Positions 1 through 11,269 of a stretch of DNA of 64,000 nt are shown in pieces. Where the stretch lies: positions 87,783-151,782 of the forward strand of contig JABIEQ010000002.1 of NCBI GenBank assembly GCA_018651085.1, read 5' to 3'. Position numbers and translations under genes: made by a program. Every line of letters starts with the position of its first letter. Within the stretch, counting starts at the first letter, position 1. The notes beneath the pieces are model-generated. The model was not told where the DNA came from. It was given only the letters and a program-made list of their open reading frames with translations, and did not search any database. The stretch is from Candidatus Magasanikiibacteriota bacterium. Lineage in GTDB: Bacteria; Patescibacteriota; Patescibacteriia; Magasanikbacterales; UBA922.

Positions 1-19
1 GTCACTTCTTTTAAAGCGC

Positions 20-580
20 GTGCGAAGTGATGGGCGAAAGACAGATATTTATCATGGGGGTCATATAAATGTATCAGGTCGGCACGGTGCTATATCAGTT
101 CATATTCCTCTTGATCCATTGCGTATAGAACACCGTCCATTTCGCATACTTGTTACTCGTTATTTTCGTTTGTTTCAGTATGTTATTTCGTTGTTTGGAT
201 TAGTAAGTACACTTGTTTCATTTTTTATTGTACCAACTTGGTATAATGGACTCCTTCTTTTTGGGCATGCCTGTATTTTTCTTTTATTTATTGTGTATAT
301 TAAACCACGACGACCAAAGGGATGGGGTGTTGTTTCTGATGCCACAAATAATAAATCATTACATCGTGTTGTTGTTCGTCTTTTTTTGAAGAAATTTCAT
401 AAGCTTGTTGCGACTGAAATCACGAATCATAAAGGACAATATGCTTTTTTAGTTGGGCAAAGTGAGTATTATGTTACGTGTGAGAAAAAGAATTATAAAC
501 TTCGAACGATTGAGGGGATTTCTATCACTGATAGTACTAAAGCGGCGGTGGCAGAAGATATAGAATTAGACCGTATTTAA
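20..580 (+). CDS. Membrane protein with C-terminal carboxypeptidase-regulatory-like domain (probably 5'-truncated by window edge)
   Basis: Two TM helices then WGVVSDA...TNHKGQYAFLV...Y pattern; frame is open to the window start. Confidence 0.6.
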   Translation: MRSDGRKTDIYHGGHINVSGRHGAISVHIPLDPLRIEHRPFRILVTRYFRLFQYVISLFGLVSTLVSFFIVPTWYNGLLLFGHACIFLLFIVYIKPRRPKGWGVVSDATNNKSLHRVVVRLFLKKFHKLVATEITNHKGQYAFLVGQSEYYVTCEKKNYKLRTIEGISITDSTKAAVAEDIELDRI

Positions 581-629
581 GAAGATGAAAAAGAGGGGAT
601 TTATCCCCATAATGGTGATATATCACCTC

Positions 630-658
630 TTGACAATATTTTGATTGTTGTATACAAT
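630..658 (+). promoter_or_regulatory. sigma70-type promoter of the 16S gene
   Basis: TTGACA(630-635)-17 nt-TACAAT(653-658). Confidence 0.75.
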
Positions 659-961
659 AGCCCAGCAATCAGACAACCTATATTTTCCTCTTAAGCCTAA
701 GGGAACTGGGAAGAAAAAAGAGTAATCTATCTACGTTTTGCATATTGGGAGGATATGAGACGTCACCAGATTTCTCTTTTTTCTTTCTAGTCAGTTATGG
801 ATGAAATGAGACTAGAGAGCGATCATTACAATTTACGTTGCAAGAAACAACCATAATTGTCACAATAAAAATGTGACAAAAACGTATGCTTCGTTTTACG
901 AAGCAGCACGTCTATTTTCCTATAAAATTTTTTTTCTTTTTCGTGAGAAAGAGATTCAACT

Positions 962-2470
<1,509 letters not shown>

Positions 2471-2581
2471 GGAGATACTCAGTCGAAAGACTGTGAATCC
2501 AAGTCGACCAGTTCCATCATGGTTCTGGATTACAAATAGACGTTATCGTTTTTGTCACTTTTTTCTTGTGAACTATGAATA

Positions 2582-2607
2582 ACACACCCCAAAAGGGTGT
2601 GTTTTTA
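2582..2607 (+). terminator. Intrinsic terminator after 16S
   Basis: ACACACCC-caaaa-GGGTGTGT followed by T run. Confidence 0.8.
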
Positions 2608-2712
2608 TTCTTAATGTAATGAGGCAAGCCTCATTACGTGATTACCTTTAGAATCTGGGTATATATCGGATTATAGATTTCATTTTATTTGATACTTAAC
2701 CTTTGTATAAAT

Positions 2713-2750
2713 AAAAACACCCCGGGACAAAGCCCCCGGGGTGTTTTTTT
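2713..2750. terminator. Bidirectional terminator ending the VTC cluster
   Basis: AAAAACACCCCGGG...CCCGGGGTGTTTTTTT. Confidence 0.8.
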
Positions 2751-2763
2751 GAAGGTATGTTTT

Positions 2764-3441
2764 TTACATGAGTCCATCGTTTCTTGTTGTGAGAAGCTCA
2801 GTACTTGTTATATGTTGTTGTTTTTGAAGTGCTGATTGAAAGGATGTTTTTTGAGTATCTTTTTTGAATGTGACAGTAAAACTATATTCTTGGACATTGT
2901 CTGTGATACTTCGTACGTGAAGGAGTGTATGATGTTTTATATATGCCTTGAAGATTGGATATAAGACATCATCAATATTATCAGATTTTGTTTGAATGTT
3001 TAGTATAAAGTCGTGAAAGTGGAATTCCCCAAAATTTGTTTTGTAAAAAATCCAGATAACGATACAACTAAATATACTTCCAATAATAGCTGCTGAATAA
3101 TTTAGGGTGCCGACGCCAAGTCCTACTACAAGGGCTAAGAAGACAAAAGCTGTGTCTCTGCTATCTTTAATTGCTGTTCTAAATCGTATAATGGTAAATG
3201 TTCCAAGAAGCGCAAATGCTGTTACGATGTTACCTCCTATTACTGCCATGGCGATGGTGGTAATAAGTGTAAGGAGTACTAATGTAATGACAAATGATTG
3301 TGAGTATGATATGCCGTGGTGTGTATGTTTGTATGTAATAGCAATTACAAGGCCTAGGAACAAGGCTACAAGAAGATTTAAAATAACGATGTCTATAGAA
3401 AATGTTGTTTGTGGAATCTGTGCGAGGAGTGTTTCTATCAT
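2764..3441 (-). CDS. DUF4956 family membrane protein
   Basis: TM helices, LLGTFTIIRFRTAIKD motif, adjacent to VTC gene; ATG at 3441 preferred (avoids overlap). Confidence 0.85.
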   Translation of the reverse strand: MIETLLAQIPQTTFSIDIVILNLLVALFLGLVIAITYKHTHHGISYSQSFVITLVLLTLITTIAMAVIGGNIVTAFALLGTFTIIRFRTAIKDSRDTAFVFLALVVGLGVGTLNYSAAIIGSIFSCIVIWIFYKTNFGEFHFHDFILNIQTKSDNIDDVLYPIFKAYIKHHTLLHVRSITDNVQEYSFTVTFKKDTQKTSFQSALQKQQHITSTELLTTRNDGLM

Positions 3442-3445
3442 ATAA

Positions 3446-4135
3446 TTATTTAGTAAGTGTTGGTCGAATATGTTGTAGACCAGCACAGTATTTTGAGTAT
3501 GATGTTTGTTGTAGAGAGAATATTTTTATAAACATATTTACCCATGTAGGAAGGTAAGTATGATATTTCAATTCTATAATTGCTTGATCTGTGAGTAGTG
3601 TACTGTTGGTCTGAGTAAATGTAAAGTCATTAGGAATACAGCTTTGAAGGTCACGATCTATGGTAATACGAATATGAGGATGTTGAATACCAATTAATGG
3701 TTGACGGGTATAGCTTATAAGTGTTGTGGGGCGTAGTGTATCTTGTATGTATAGGTGTCTGAAAGCATTGTCAATTGAATACATATCAGATTGTTGTTTT
3801 ATTGTGTTTGCCTCAAGTTGTATTCGCTCTTTGGTGATAACTGCTCCGTGTTTATATTTAATCTCAGCAAAAATGTTAGATTTTCCATGCGTTTTAGTGT
3901 GGTATTGTCGTAAGCGAAATTTTTTTCTTTTCATTATACCGTATATTTTTTCGAAATAATATTTCAGTGTAGGGGTGTCAAAATATATGCTATGTACAAC
4001 ATATGATTTTGTTATGGGATCAGCGTAGGAAAGGTCCGGTTTAGCAAAGCGGGATAAAAAGAATAGGATTTTTGGTAGATCTTTTTTATTAACGATGTAC
4101 TTGTATTCAAATCTTTTTATTTGTGTTGTAAGCAT
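3446..4135 (-). CDS. VTC-domain (polyphosphate polymerase-like TTM) protein
   Basis: RFEYKY, SIYFDT, KFRLRQY, EIKYK, RITID, IIELKY, SYSKY motifs. Confidence 0.9.
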   Translation of the reverse strand: MLTTQIKRFEYKYIVNKKDLPKILFFLSRFAKPDLSYADPITKSYVVHSIYFDTPTLKYYFEKIYGIMKRKKFRLRQYHTKTHGKSNIFAEIKYKHGAVITKERIQLEANTIKQQSDMYSIDNAFRHLYIQDTLRPTTLISYTRQPLIGIQHPHIRITIDRDLQSCIPNDFTFTQTNSTLLTDQAIIELKYHTYLPTWVNMFIKIFSLQQTSYSKYCAGLQHIRPTLTK

Positions 4136-4136
4136 A

Positions 4137-5294
4137 TTATTTTTTAAAACGATGGGCTTGGCTGTACTTACTATTATTTTGTGGAATAATATCTATTTTT
4201 ATTGATTTGAGTGCTTGAGTAATGTGTTCTTGGATTTCTTGTTGGTTTTGTAGGAATTGATTTTTTATAAAGGTGTTTTTTTCGTATTGATCTGTCTGCT
4301 TTTGTATTAATGTATCTAGTTTTGTGGAAGTATTTCTTTCAAATTCTATTTCTATTTCTTGAGATGTTCCTAATAGTTTGGGAGCAAAGGGTTTGCGTTG
4401 TGATAAAAATTGTAGATATTTTTTTCCGTCGTATACTCTGAATGTATCAAGAGATATGATAAAAGCTTGTTCTGGATTAGGCCCTGATCCCCAAGGGGAT
4501 GGAACATTTAGATGGATTCTTTCCCTTTCTGTTATAACCGCTACGGAAGGGGATAGTGCGATTTTTTGTATGTTGGGATCCTTTTTTTGCAGATATGCCA
4601 TGAGTTTTTGAGAAGGAAGGAGATGATATTGTTTGAATTTTCCTCGTTGTAGGTACGTTATGTAGGTTGTGATATCCCATGGTTGGTTTGGGGGAAGGTT
4701 GTTTTCGTTAAACGGGGTTGATTCTTTACGAAATTCAAATCGAGTTTCTTCTGTTTCACTTAATCCTGCATCTATGTGTGTACGGTTTATTTTTGTTTGA
4801 TATTCCATGCGAGATGGAAAAGATTTTGTATTCAGTGGATCGTTTAAATAAGAGGCAAATATGTTCTGGTTTTTAAATCTCTGTCTTAGTCTATAGAGTG
4901 CTTTATTATTGAACAGTGTATCGTCTTTTGTGTCAAAGTATATATCAAAAAAAATAGAAGAATTTGTGGACGTAGTTATATAGTATGCTTGGGATAATGC
5001 TTCTGGAGGATTGAAGTTATCTTTATCTATTTGTAGTTGCAGTTCTTTTTCAATATGTGCAATCATTTCTTTTGTGGAATATAAGGATGTTGATGGTGTT
5101 TGAATAGATAATTTAAATTCTCTTTCTATTCTTGAAGGAGTACCTGTTGCGGTTTTTTTTGTGATACTTATTGATGTAGTAATTTTGGAAGTGGGAATAC
5201 CAAAAATTGTGATTATAATAATAAGTAGTCCGATTGTACTTAAGATTAGGATGTGTTGGTATTTTCGACACAGGATTGGTATGGAAATTGTCAT
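4137..5294 (-). CDS. Membrane-anchored CYTH/TTM-fold protein
   Basis: N-terminal TM; EREFK (ExExK), DIYFDT, YRLRQR, EIEIE, NSKY motifs. Confidence 0.7.
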   Translation of the reverse strand: MTISIPILCRKYQHILILSTIGLLIIIITIFGIPTSKITTSISITKKTATGTPSRIEREFKLSIQTPSTSLYSTKEMIAHIEKELQLQIDKDNFNPPEALSQAYYITTSTNSSIFFDIYFDTKDDTLFNNKALYRLRQRFKNQNIFASYLNDPLNTKSFPSRMEYQTKINRTHIDAGLSETEETRFEFRKESTPFNENNLPPNQPWDITTYITYLQRGKFKQYHLLPSQKLMAYLQKKDPNIQKIALSPSVAVITERERIHLNVPSPWGSGPNPEQAFIISLDTFRVYDGKKYLQFLSQRKPFAPKLLGTSQEIEIEFERNTSTKLDTLIQKQTDQYEKNTFIKNQFLQNQQEIQEHITQALKSIKIDIIPQNNSKYSQAHRFKK

Positions 5295-6967
5295 ATATTA
5301 TTTTTTTGTGGAGGTGAAAGTTTCCAAGGGTGTATACTTGTTGCATTTGTATTATCTGGACAGTTGTCATTTTTTTGGAGTGTTTGTAATACTTTATTTA
5401 TCGTGTTTTTGAATGTGATCGTAGAAATATTAATGTTTTCTGATAAGATGAATTGATAAGAAAGAGGAGCTGGGATTGCATGGGGAGGATTTGAGGTGTC
5501 TCTTCCTGGATAAAATATCATATTTTTATTTGAAGGAGAAAGAACCTCTTTTGATGTGACTTCTTCTCCTTTTGTTGTTATTATTGACGTGATTGTGTGA
5601 CTCGATACTCCGTTGACTTGTATAATGAGTTTTTGTCCTTTTTGCAAGAAACATAATTGTTCCTGTCCTATTTTTTTTGTAAATTCTGTTGATGAATTAT
5701 TAATACTTTTTTGTAATATTGTTATTTTTTCTTGCCAGATTTTTGGGGTTATTTTTTTGTATCGATAAAATGAGTAGTAGTCGTGTTTCTGTGTTGCTGC
5801 TAGAGTTTTTGTTATTTTAGATATTTCGTCGTTTATACTATCCGTGATTCCTGATGTTAATAGATTGTATATGTAGTTGTATTTTTGTTGTACAAAATAA
5901 GGATCTTTGTGAAGAAGAATAATTAGATCATTACTTATGATATCTAATTGAAATTCTCCTGTGTATGCGTTGTCTACGGTTCTTGTTAAAAATGTTGCAT
6001 CCCAGGGAATCTGTTGGAACTTTTGTATATCTTCATTGAAATACAATTTTACGTTATGTCTATTATCCCAATGTCTTATTTGGCCAATGTACATGAGTGC
6101 TCCTAGACGAATAAAGTATTCGTAATCAATAAGTGTTCTTAATTTTTTTATATCTTGTTTTTCAATAGCAAGAGATAGCTCATAGAGTTTTTGTTTGTGT
6201 TTTTCTTCTTGATCATGCGTAATACTATTTTCCCAAATAAAAGGTGCTCGAAATACAGAGGTTCCTATTCCTGGTTTTTTTGTAAAGGAAATATTTTCTG
6301 CTTCTAGGATACTTCCTAAGGGCAAATTTCTTCTTTGTAAAAAGGTATTGCGATCTATAGGTTCAGATACTTGGTATAGACCTAAAAATTTTTTGTTTAG
6401 GTATACGTTTGCAAAGGCATGATCAGGTACAATGAGATCGAGTTTTTTTCCGATAAATGATGTAATATACTCTCCAATTATTATAGACCCTTTTGGAGAG
6501 ATAACTTCAACTTGATCGGCATTAAATAATATGGGGGTGTTAGATTTTTCTGATCGTAGACGAAATGATTTTTTTGGGAATCGCCAATGATGATCAATGT
6601 CTCCGCGGAGTTTTATAAGAGATTTTATGGGTGATTTTTCATCTATTTGAATGGTTGCCCCATCGTAAAATTGTTTTTTTCCAGATATAGGAAGATCATT
6701 ATATATTTGTTTAAGTGTATCTTTTTGTGTCTGTATAGATAGAGTATAGATAGAAGATAGATCTTCTTTTTTTACGAGGGCTGATTGGATACTTGCAATG
6801 ATCGTTCTTGTTACTTGATAGTGCGGTTTTGTAATTTGGTCATTTCCATAGTTAAATGGTGTTATATTGAGATCTCTTGTCGTAAATGATATTTCAGCTA
6901 TACTAAGAAGTAATATGGCACTTGCTGCTATTATAAGGAATAAATATGTCATTTTTTTTGTGTACAT
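5291..6967 (-). CDS. CotH kinase family protein, exported
   Basis: Signal/TM; IKLRGD..HW..PKKSFR, VYLN..FLGLY, D..HN, IPWD motifs. Confidence 0.85.
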   Translation of the reverse strand: MYTKKMTYLFLIIAASAILLLSIAEISFTTRDLNITPFNYGNDQITKPHYQVTRTIIASIQSALVKKEDLSSIYTLSIQTQKDTLKQIYNDLPISGKKQFYDGATIQIDEKSPIKSLIKLRGDIDHHWRFPKKSFRLRSEKSNTPILFNADQVEVISPKGSIIIGEYITSFIGKKLDLIVPDHAFANVYLNKKFLGLYQVSEPIDRNTFLQRRNLPLGSILEAENISFTKKPGIGTSVFRAPFIWENSITHDQEEKHKQKLYELSLAIEKQDIKKLRTLIDYEYFIRLGALMYIGQIRHWDNRHNVKLYFNEDIQKFQQIPWDATFLTRTVDNAYTGEFQLDIISNDLIILLHKDPYFVQQKYNYIYNLLTSGITDSINDEISKITKTLAATQKHDYYSFYRYKKITPKIWQEKITILQKSINNSSTEFTKKIGQEQLCFLQKGQKLIIQVNGVSSHTITSIITTKGEEVTSKEVLSPSNKNMIFYPGRDTSNPPHAIPAPLSYQFILSENINISTITFKNTINKVLQTLQKNDNCPDNTNATSIHPWKLSPPQKNNI

Positions 6968-6969
6968 AC

Positions 6970-7902
6970 TTAGTGTTCACGAGGTTTAAAAGATATGTCT
7001 ATTTCGATAGACTCAATTTTTGAAGAAAGTTTCATTGAAGGACTTCTCAGATGAGGACTGACGCCATCAATAATGAATGCTGTTGGAGTTCGTGTTAGGT
7101 TACGTGGTTCCCATTCATCAAATGATTTGAATGTAATTATTTCTTCATTTTCTAAGTGTAAGACTATTGATGCAATGGTGAATGTTGTGCCTGTGCCTGG
7201 ATTTTCAAATGGTGATAAATAGATGTACTTTGGTGGATTTACAATATCTGGATGGGATTTAATAATGAGTCTTTTTTTGTGGAATGTATTGTTTATTGGA
7301 GCGTAAATGGGCTTTTGTGTGCTTTGTGTAGAAAATATGTGTGCTTTGTCTGCTAAATAAAATTGAATAGATGTATCTGTTTCTGGGTATGTTGCTGATA
7401 TGTTTTTTATATAGGATGCTTGTTTAATATCTCCTTTTTTTTCTGTTATTTTTATGAGTTGATTAGTAAGGTAGGTGTTTTTTGGTTGGATGTTCCATGC
7501 GTTAAAGTATGCCTCATAAGCTTTTTTTGTGTCTGGTATAAGTAAATAACAGTCTCCAAGAAGTGTAAAATACTCGTAGTTTTGATTCCAGAAGGAAATA
7601 AGTTCTTTAGTATATTTTATGCATTGTTCAGCATTTTTTTGATTTAAGAAAAATTGTGATAAATACGTATATGCTTTTATTTTAGAACTTGCAAAAATAT
7701 GTCGTTCTTGTGTTGCTGGATGATTTGCAATAAATGTTTGTAATGCTTGGGGGTTATCATGAATAATTTCTACTTGATTTTCTAATGCTTGTATTTTTTT
7801 TCCTTTGTATGCTAAAATTACATCATTAATTATGAAAAATATTTTTATTCCTATTAGAATAATTAGTATAGTAATTATTATATTTTTTAAAAAACTTATC
7901 AT
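6970..7902 (-). CDS. TPR-containing membrane-anchored protein
   Basis: N-terminal TM; LLGDCY...KAYEAYFNAWNIQP TPR pattern. Confidence 0.65.
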   Translation of the reverse strand: MISFLKNIIITILIILIGIKIFFIINDVILAYKGKKIQALENQVEIIHDNPQALQTFIANHPATQERHIFASSKIKAYTYLSQFFLNQKNAEQCIKYTKELISFWNQNYEYFTLLGDCYLLIPDTKKAYEAYFNAWNIQPKNTYLTNQLIKITEKKGDIKQASYIKNISATYPETDTSIQFYLADKAHIFSTQSTQKPIYAPINNTFHKKRLIIKSHPDIVNPPKYIYLSPFENPGTGTTFTIASIVLHLENEEIITFKSFDEWEPRNLTRTPTAFIIDGVSPHLRSPSMKLSSKIESIEIDISFKPREH

Positions 7903-7912
7903 AATGTAGTTT

Positions 7913-10591
7913 ATGTCTTTTTATAAACATCGTAAGAATACATATATTCTTGTAATGGGTATATTTTTAATTGTCACTAGTTTATTACATAGTGGAGTTC
8001 GTGACAACCTTTTTAAAATTTATCAAGTTGGTGCACTTCATCTATCTCCTAGCAGTTGTACTGTTTTTCATAGTGCTGGGTATTGTGGTGCTCCTGGAGG
8101 GGATACTGATCCACCAGCTATTTCTTCTATTAAATTTGATGGAGTTTTGCAAGGGTCAGTCGGGACTTTGACATCTTCAACTGGTGTTATTGAAATTGTT
8201 CTTACTGAAGGTGAAACGGCTTTTGGTGCTGATTGTGCTAGTAATTTAAGTAATGTGAAGGTGAAGGCGGACACTGCCGGTACTCTTATAAGTGAGGGAT
8301 CAGGAATTAGTGAAATAGGGGGAGTTGGTGGTGCTCTAACGTGTACTTGGACTGGGACTTACACCATTAGTGCTGGCACTTCTGATACAGGCGCTTTTGT
8401 GGAAATTGGTACTATTCAAGATGATGCTATTATACCTAATTCTGCATCTAATCAATCAGGTGCAGGTACCTTTGCGGTAAGTATTCCTTCTGGAAATACG
8501 GTTCCAACGGTAAGCGCTATAACGCCGTCACAGACTACAGGATCTATTGTGGCATTTTCTCCAACAGTGGCTGATAGCGATAGCGATGTTACGAATCTTA
8601 TTGTTGAGCATTCTATTGATGGTATTACTTGGACTTCTAGTACATTATTTGTGGTTACTGAAACAGAAGGAGTTGATGGTGTTACTACGTCTACTGGAAA
8701 TATTGCTGATATTGATACTGATAATGATGGTTCAGTCACTTTTACGACAATTCAATGGGATGCTGGGACGGATCTTCCCAATACAGAGGATAGTAGTGTG
8801 TTTTTACGGGCTACTCCGAATGATGGTACGTTAAATGGATCTTCAGCTACGTCTAGTGCATTTGTGCTTGATACGAAAGATCCTACGGCTCCAGGTAATC
8901 TAACTATTGCGAATACCTCTACTACCGCTGTTACGTTTACATATGGTACGGTATCGACTGATGATAATTTTGTGGATTATCGTATTTTTTATAAAGAAGG
9001 TTCTTCTGGCGTCACTACAAGCGATACTTCTTTTACTTCTACAACGGACAGTAATTTGGGAAGTATTAGTTTTAGTTCAGCGACTACTTCAACAATATCA
9101 AGTCTTAGTCTTAATACCCAGTATGTAGCTAACATTTGGGCTTTTGATGGATTTGCTCATTCTACTGCTGCAAGCTCTGAAATTGCATTTTATACTCTTG
9201 CTGCTGCCCCTGGTACGCCAACTATCTCAAGTGTTGGAGAAACTAGCATGAGTTTTACGTTTGCTGGAGAATCTAATCCTACTACGACGGTTCATTCTAT
9301 TTTTGATACAAATGCTGGTCTTTATGTTGCTGCTGATAATGATCTTGACGCAACTACTGCTATATTTCAAACTACTTCTACATGGAGTACACCAACTATT
9401 TCTGGATTGTCCTTAAATACACAATATTGTTTTGGAACATTAGCTAGAAATGGAGATAATATTGAAACAGCGACAACAACTGCAGCGTGTGCGTATACGT
9501 TAGCTGCTGGGCCTGGTTCTGTTACTACCGATATTTTATCCAGTAAGATTACTGTCTCTTGGAATGTAAATGGTAATCCATCTGGTACGGAGTTTTATGC
9601 TTCTATTAGTTCAGGTGGCTCTTGTGGCTGGTCTGCTGATCTTACGACGTGTACGTTTACAGGTTTATCCCAATATACTTCTTATGTGATCACTGTGAAA
9701 TCTCGTAATGGGGATACTATTGAAGCTGTCGCTGGTGCTCTTACACTAAGAACTCTTGCTTCTGGAGGAAGTACACCGACTGCTTCTACTCCTTCTTTGG
9801 GTGGATTATTTAATGGATCAAGGGACTTTAAAGCTGTTGTCATTAATGATGGAGAATCAGAAACTGATTTATTAGACCTTCAATTAACTCTTAAGGCAAC
9901 AAATGTTACGCATATCGCTGTTGCTATTGATGGACTGTTTAACGATGTCTCTTTTGAACCTTTTTCTGAAGAGACTTCTTTTCGTATACCTGTTGATGTC
10001 TCTGGTGATAAACTTGTTTGTGTGAGGTTCCGTGCTTTTGGAGGTGGTACTTCTGATGTCTGTGATTCTATCAAATATGTTAAAAAACAGACACAAAGTT
10101 TGTCTACGTCTGATCCTGAAATACAAGAAGCTGTAAAGGATAAAGAAGTTGTTTCTGAGTTGTTTGATGATGGTTGTCCACTTGTTCGTCAAAAACCATA
10201 TAGGGTCGGAGGTACCAAAGGGGTGTATTATATTACTGTTGAATGTACTAAGCGTATATTTACGAGTCCAGATATATACTTTTCTTATTTTAGATCTTGG
10301 GACGAAATATCTGTGGTTACTCTTGATCAGTTGTCGTTTGTTGAGTATGATTCTTTTTTATATGTTCCTTGGGGACCGTTTAGTTCTCTTTCGAATCATT
10401 CTTTTGTAAATGTGCTTGGAAGTTCAAAAATCTATTTTATTCTTGAAAAAAATCGGCATTTGATTTCTTCTCCTGAAGCGTTGAAAATATTACGTTCACC
10501 GTTTGAGATAATTCATGTTGTAGGTCAATCTTTTTTAGATTTGTATTTTGACGAAGATATTATTTTAGAAAATCATTCCGGACTTTTTTAG
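7913..10591 (+). CDS. Ser/Thr-rich surface protein with fibronectin type III domains
   Basis: Signal-like N-terminus; repeated ISGLSLNTQY/FTGLSQYTSY FN3 motifs; C-terminal VYYI...KR.F...YFSY...W module. Confidence 0.75.
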   Translation: MSFYKHRKNTYILVMGIFLIVTSLLHSGVRDNLFKIYQVGALHLSPSSCTVFHSAGYCGAPGGDTDPPAISSIKFDGVLQGSVGTLTSSTGVIEIVLTEGETAFGADCASNLSNVKVKADTAGTLISEGSGISEIGGVGGALTCTWTGTYTISAGTSDTGAFVEIGTIQDDAIIPNSASNQSGAGTFAVSIPSGNTVPTVSAITPSQTTGSIVAFSPTVADSDSDVTNLIVEHSIDGITWTSSTLFVVTETEGVDGVTTSTGNIADIDTDNDGSVTFTTIQWDAGTDLPNTEDSSVFLRATPNDGTLNGSSATSSAFVLDTKDPTAPGNLTIANTSTTAVTFTYGTVSTDDNFVDYRIFYKEGSSGVTTSDTSFTSTTDSNLGSISFSSATTSTISSLSLNTQYVANIWAFDGFAHSTAASSEIAFYTLAAAPGTPTISSVGETSMSFTFAGESNPTTTVHSIFDTNAGLYVAADNDLDATTAIFQTTSTWSTPTISGLSLNTQYCFGTLARNGDNIETATTTAACAYTLAAGPGSVTTDILSSKITVSWNVNGNPSGTEFYASISSGGSCGWSADLTTCTFTGLSQYTSYVITVKSRNGDTIEAVAGALTLRTLASGGSTPTASTPSLGGLFNGSRDFKAVVINDGESETDLLDLQLTLKATNVTHIAVAIDGLFNDVSFEPFSEETSFRIPVDVSGDKLVCVRFRAFGGGTSDVCDSIKYVKKQTQSLSTSDPEIQEAVKDKEVVSELFDDGCPLVRQKPYRVGGTKGVYYITVECTKRIFTSPDIYFSYFRSWDEISVVTLDQLSFVEYDSFLYVPWGPFSSLSNHSFVNVLGSSKIYFILEKNRHLISSPEALKILRSPFEIIHVVGQSFLDLYFDEDIILENHSGLF

Positions 10592-10615
10592 TGGATATTT
10601 TTTAAAAGGTATTAG

Positions 10616-10642
10616 AAAAAGAGCTGTTACAGCTCTTTTTTT
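10616..10642. terminator. Bidirectional terminator
   Basis: AAAAAGAGCTG-tta-CAGCTCTTTTTTT between convergent genes. Confidence 0.8.
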
Positions 10643-10732
10643 GGATATAATAAAAAAATTGTGCAGAGTCGTTTATATTTTTTGTTTGGAGTGTACGAGG
10701 GCGCTTGGGCCCTCGTACGACTCGGGTCAAGT

Positions 10733-11107
10733 TCACTCCCACCAGCGTAGTACTGTTGCTGCAATGGGGACGATAAGGAGAAGCGCTTCGATGACGATGA
10801 TGCCCATGAAGGCCAGCGTGATATCGAAGGTTTTGTTTCTTTGCTGGCTGCTTTTCTCGACGCTGTCTTTCCAGTCAGTGGCAACTTGTTGCTTGGCTGA
10901 CGGGAGCATCTTTATGTGGATTTCTCCACTAAGATTTCGGCTCAGGGCTTCCTTTCTTCTGCCGAGCATTTCTCTGAATATCTTCCAGGATTTTCCTCCG
11001 AAGAGAATATTCTGGATGATAGCCACCATGATGGTGACGAGTAAGAGGATCAGAATGGGAAATTGATATTCCCCAGCGAGGAGCACAGCACCTTGAAGCG
11101 TTTTCAT
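10733..11107 (-). CDS. Hypothetical 2-TM membrane protein (GC-richer ORFan)
   Basis: 124 aa, two hydrophobic helices, AAGGA upstream, own promoter and 3' hairpin. Confidence 0.6.
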   Translation of the reverse strand: MKTLQGAVLLAGEYQFPILILLLVTIMVAIIQNILFGGKSWKIFREMLGRRKEALSRNLSGEIHIKMLPSAKQQVATDWKDSVEKSSQQRNKTFDITLAFMGIIVIEALLLIVPIAATVLRWWE

Positions 11108-11182
11108 CTACCAGATCCTTTGTCGATTGTGGGTCGGAACTTGGCGATTTTTCGAGCTGGGTAGCCCAGAAAAATACTATTA

Positions 11183-11250
11183 AATATAGCATATTTTTCG
11201 TGTTTTGTCAAGGTCTTTTCCTTGACAAATAGGCAAAAAAGCCCTATATT
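11183..11250. promoter_or_regulatory. Back-to-back divergent promoters
   Basis: Minus: TTGACA(11211-11206)-17-TATATT(11188-11183); plus: TTGACA(11222-11227)-17-TATATT(11245-11250). Confidence 0.75.
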
Positions 11251-11269
11251 TAGGGAAAATATATACTTT

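Noticed and set aside
2616-2637. Perfect inverted repeat GTAATGAGGC-aa-GCCTCATTAC as a REP/MITE
   Set aside because: Single copy in the window; nothing further supports mobility.
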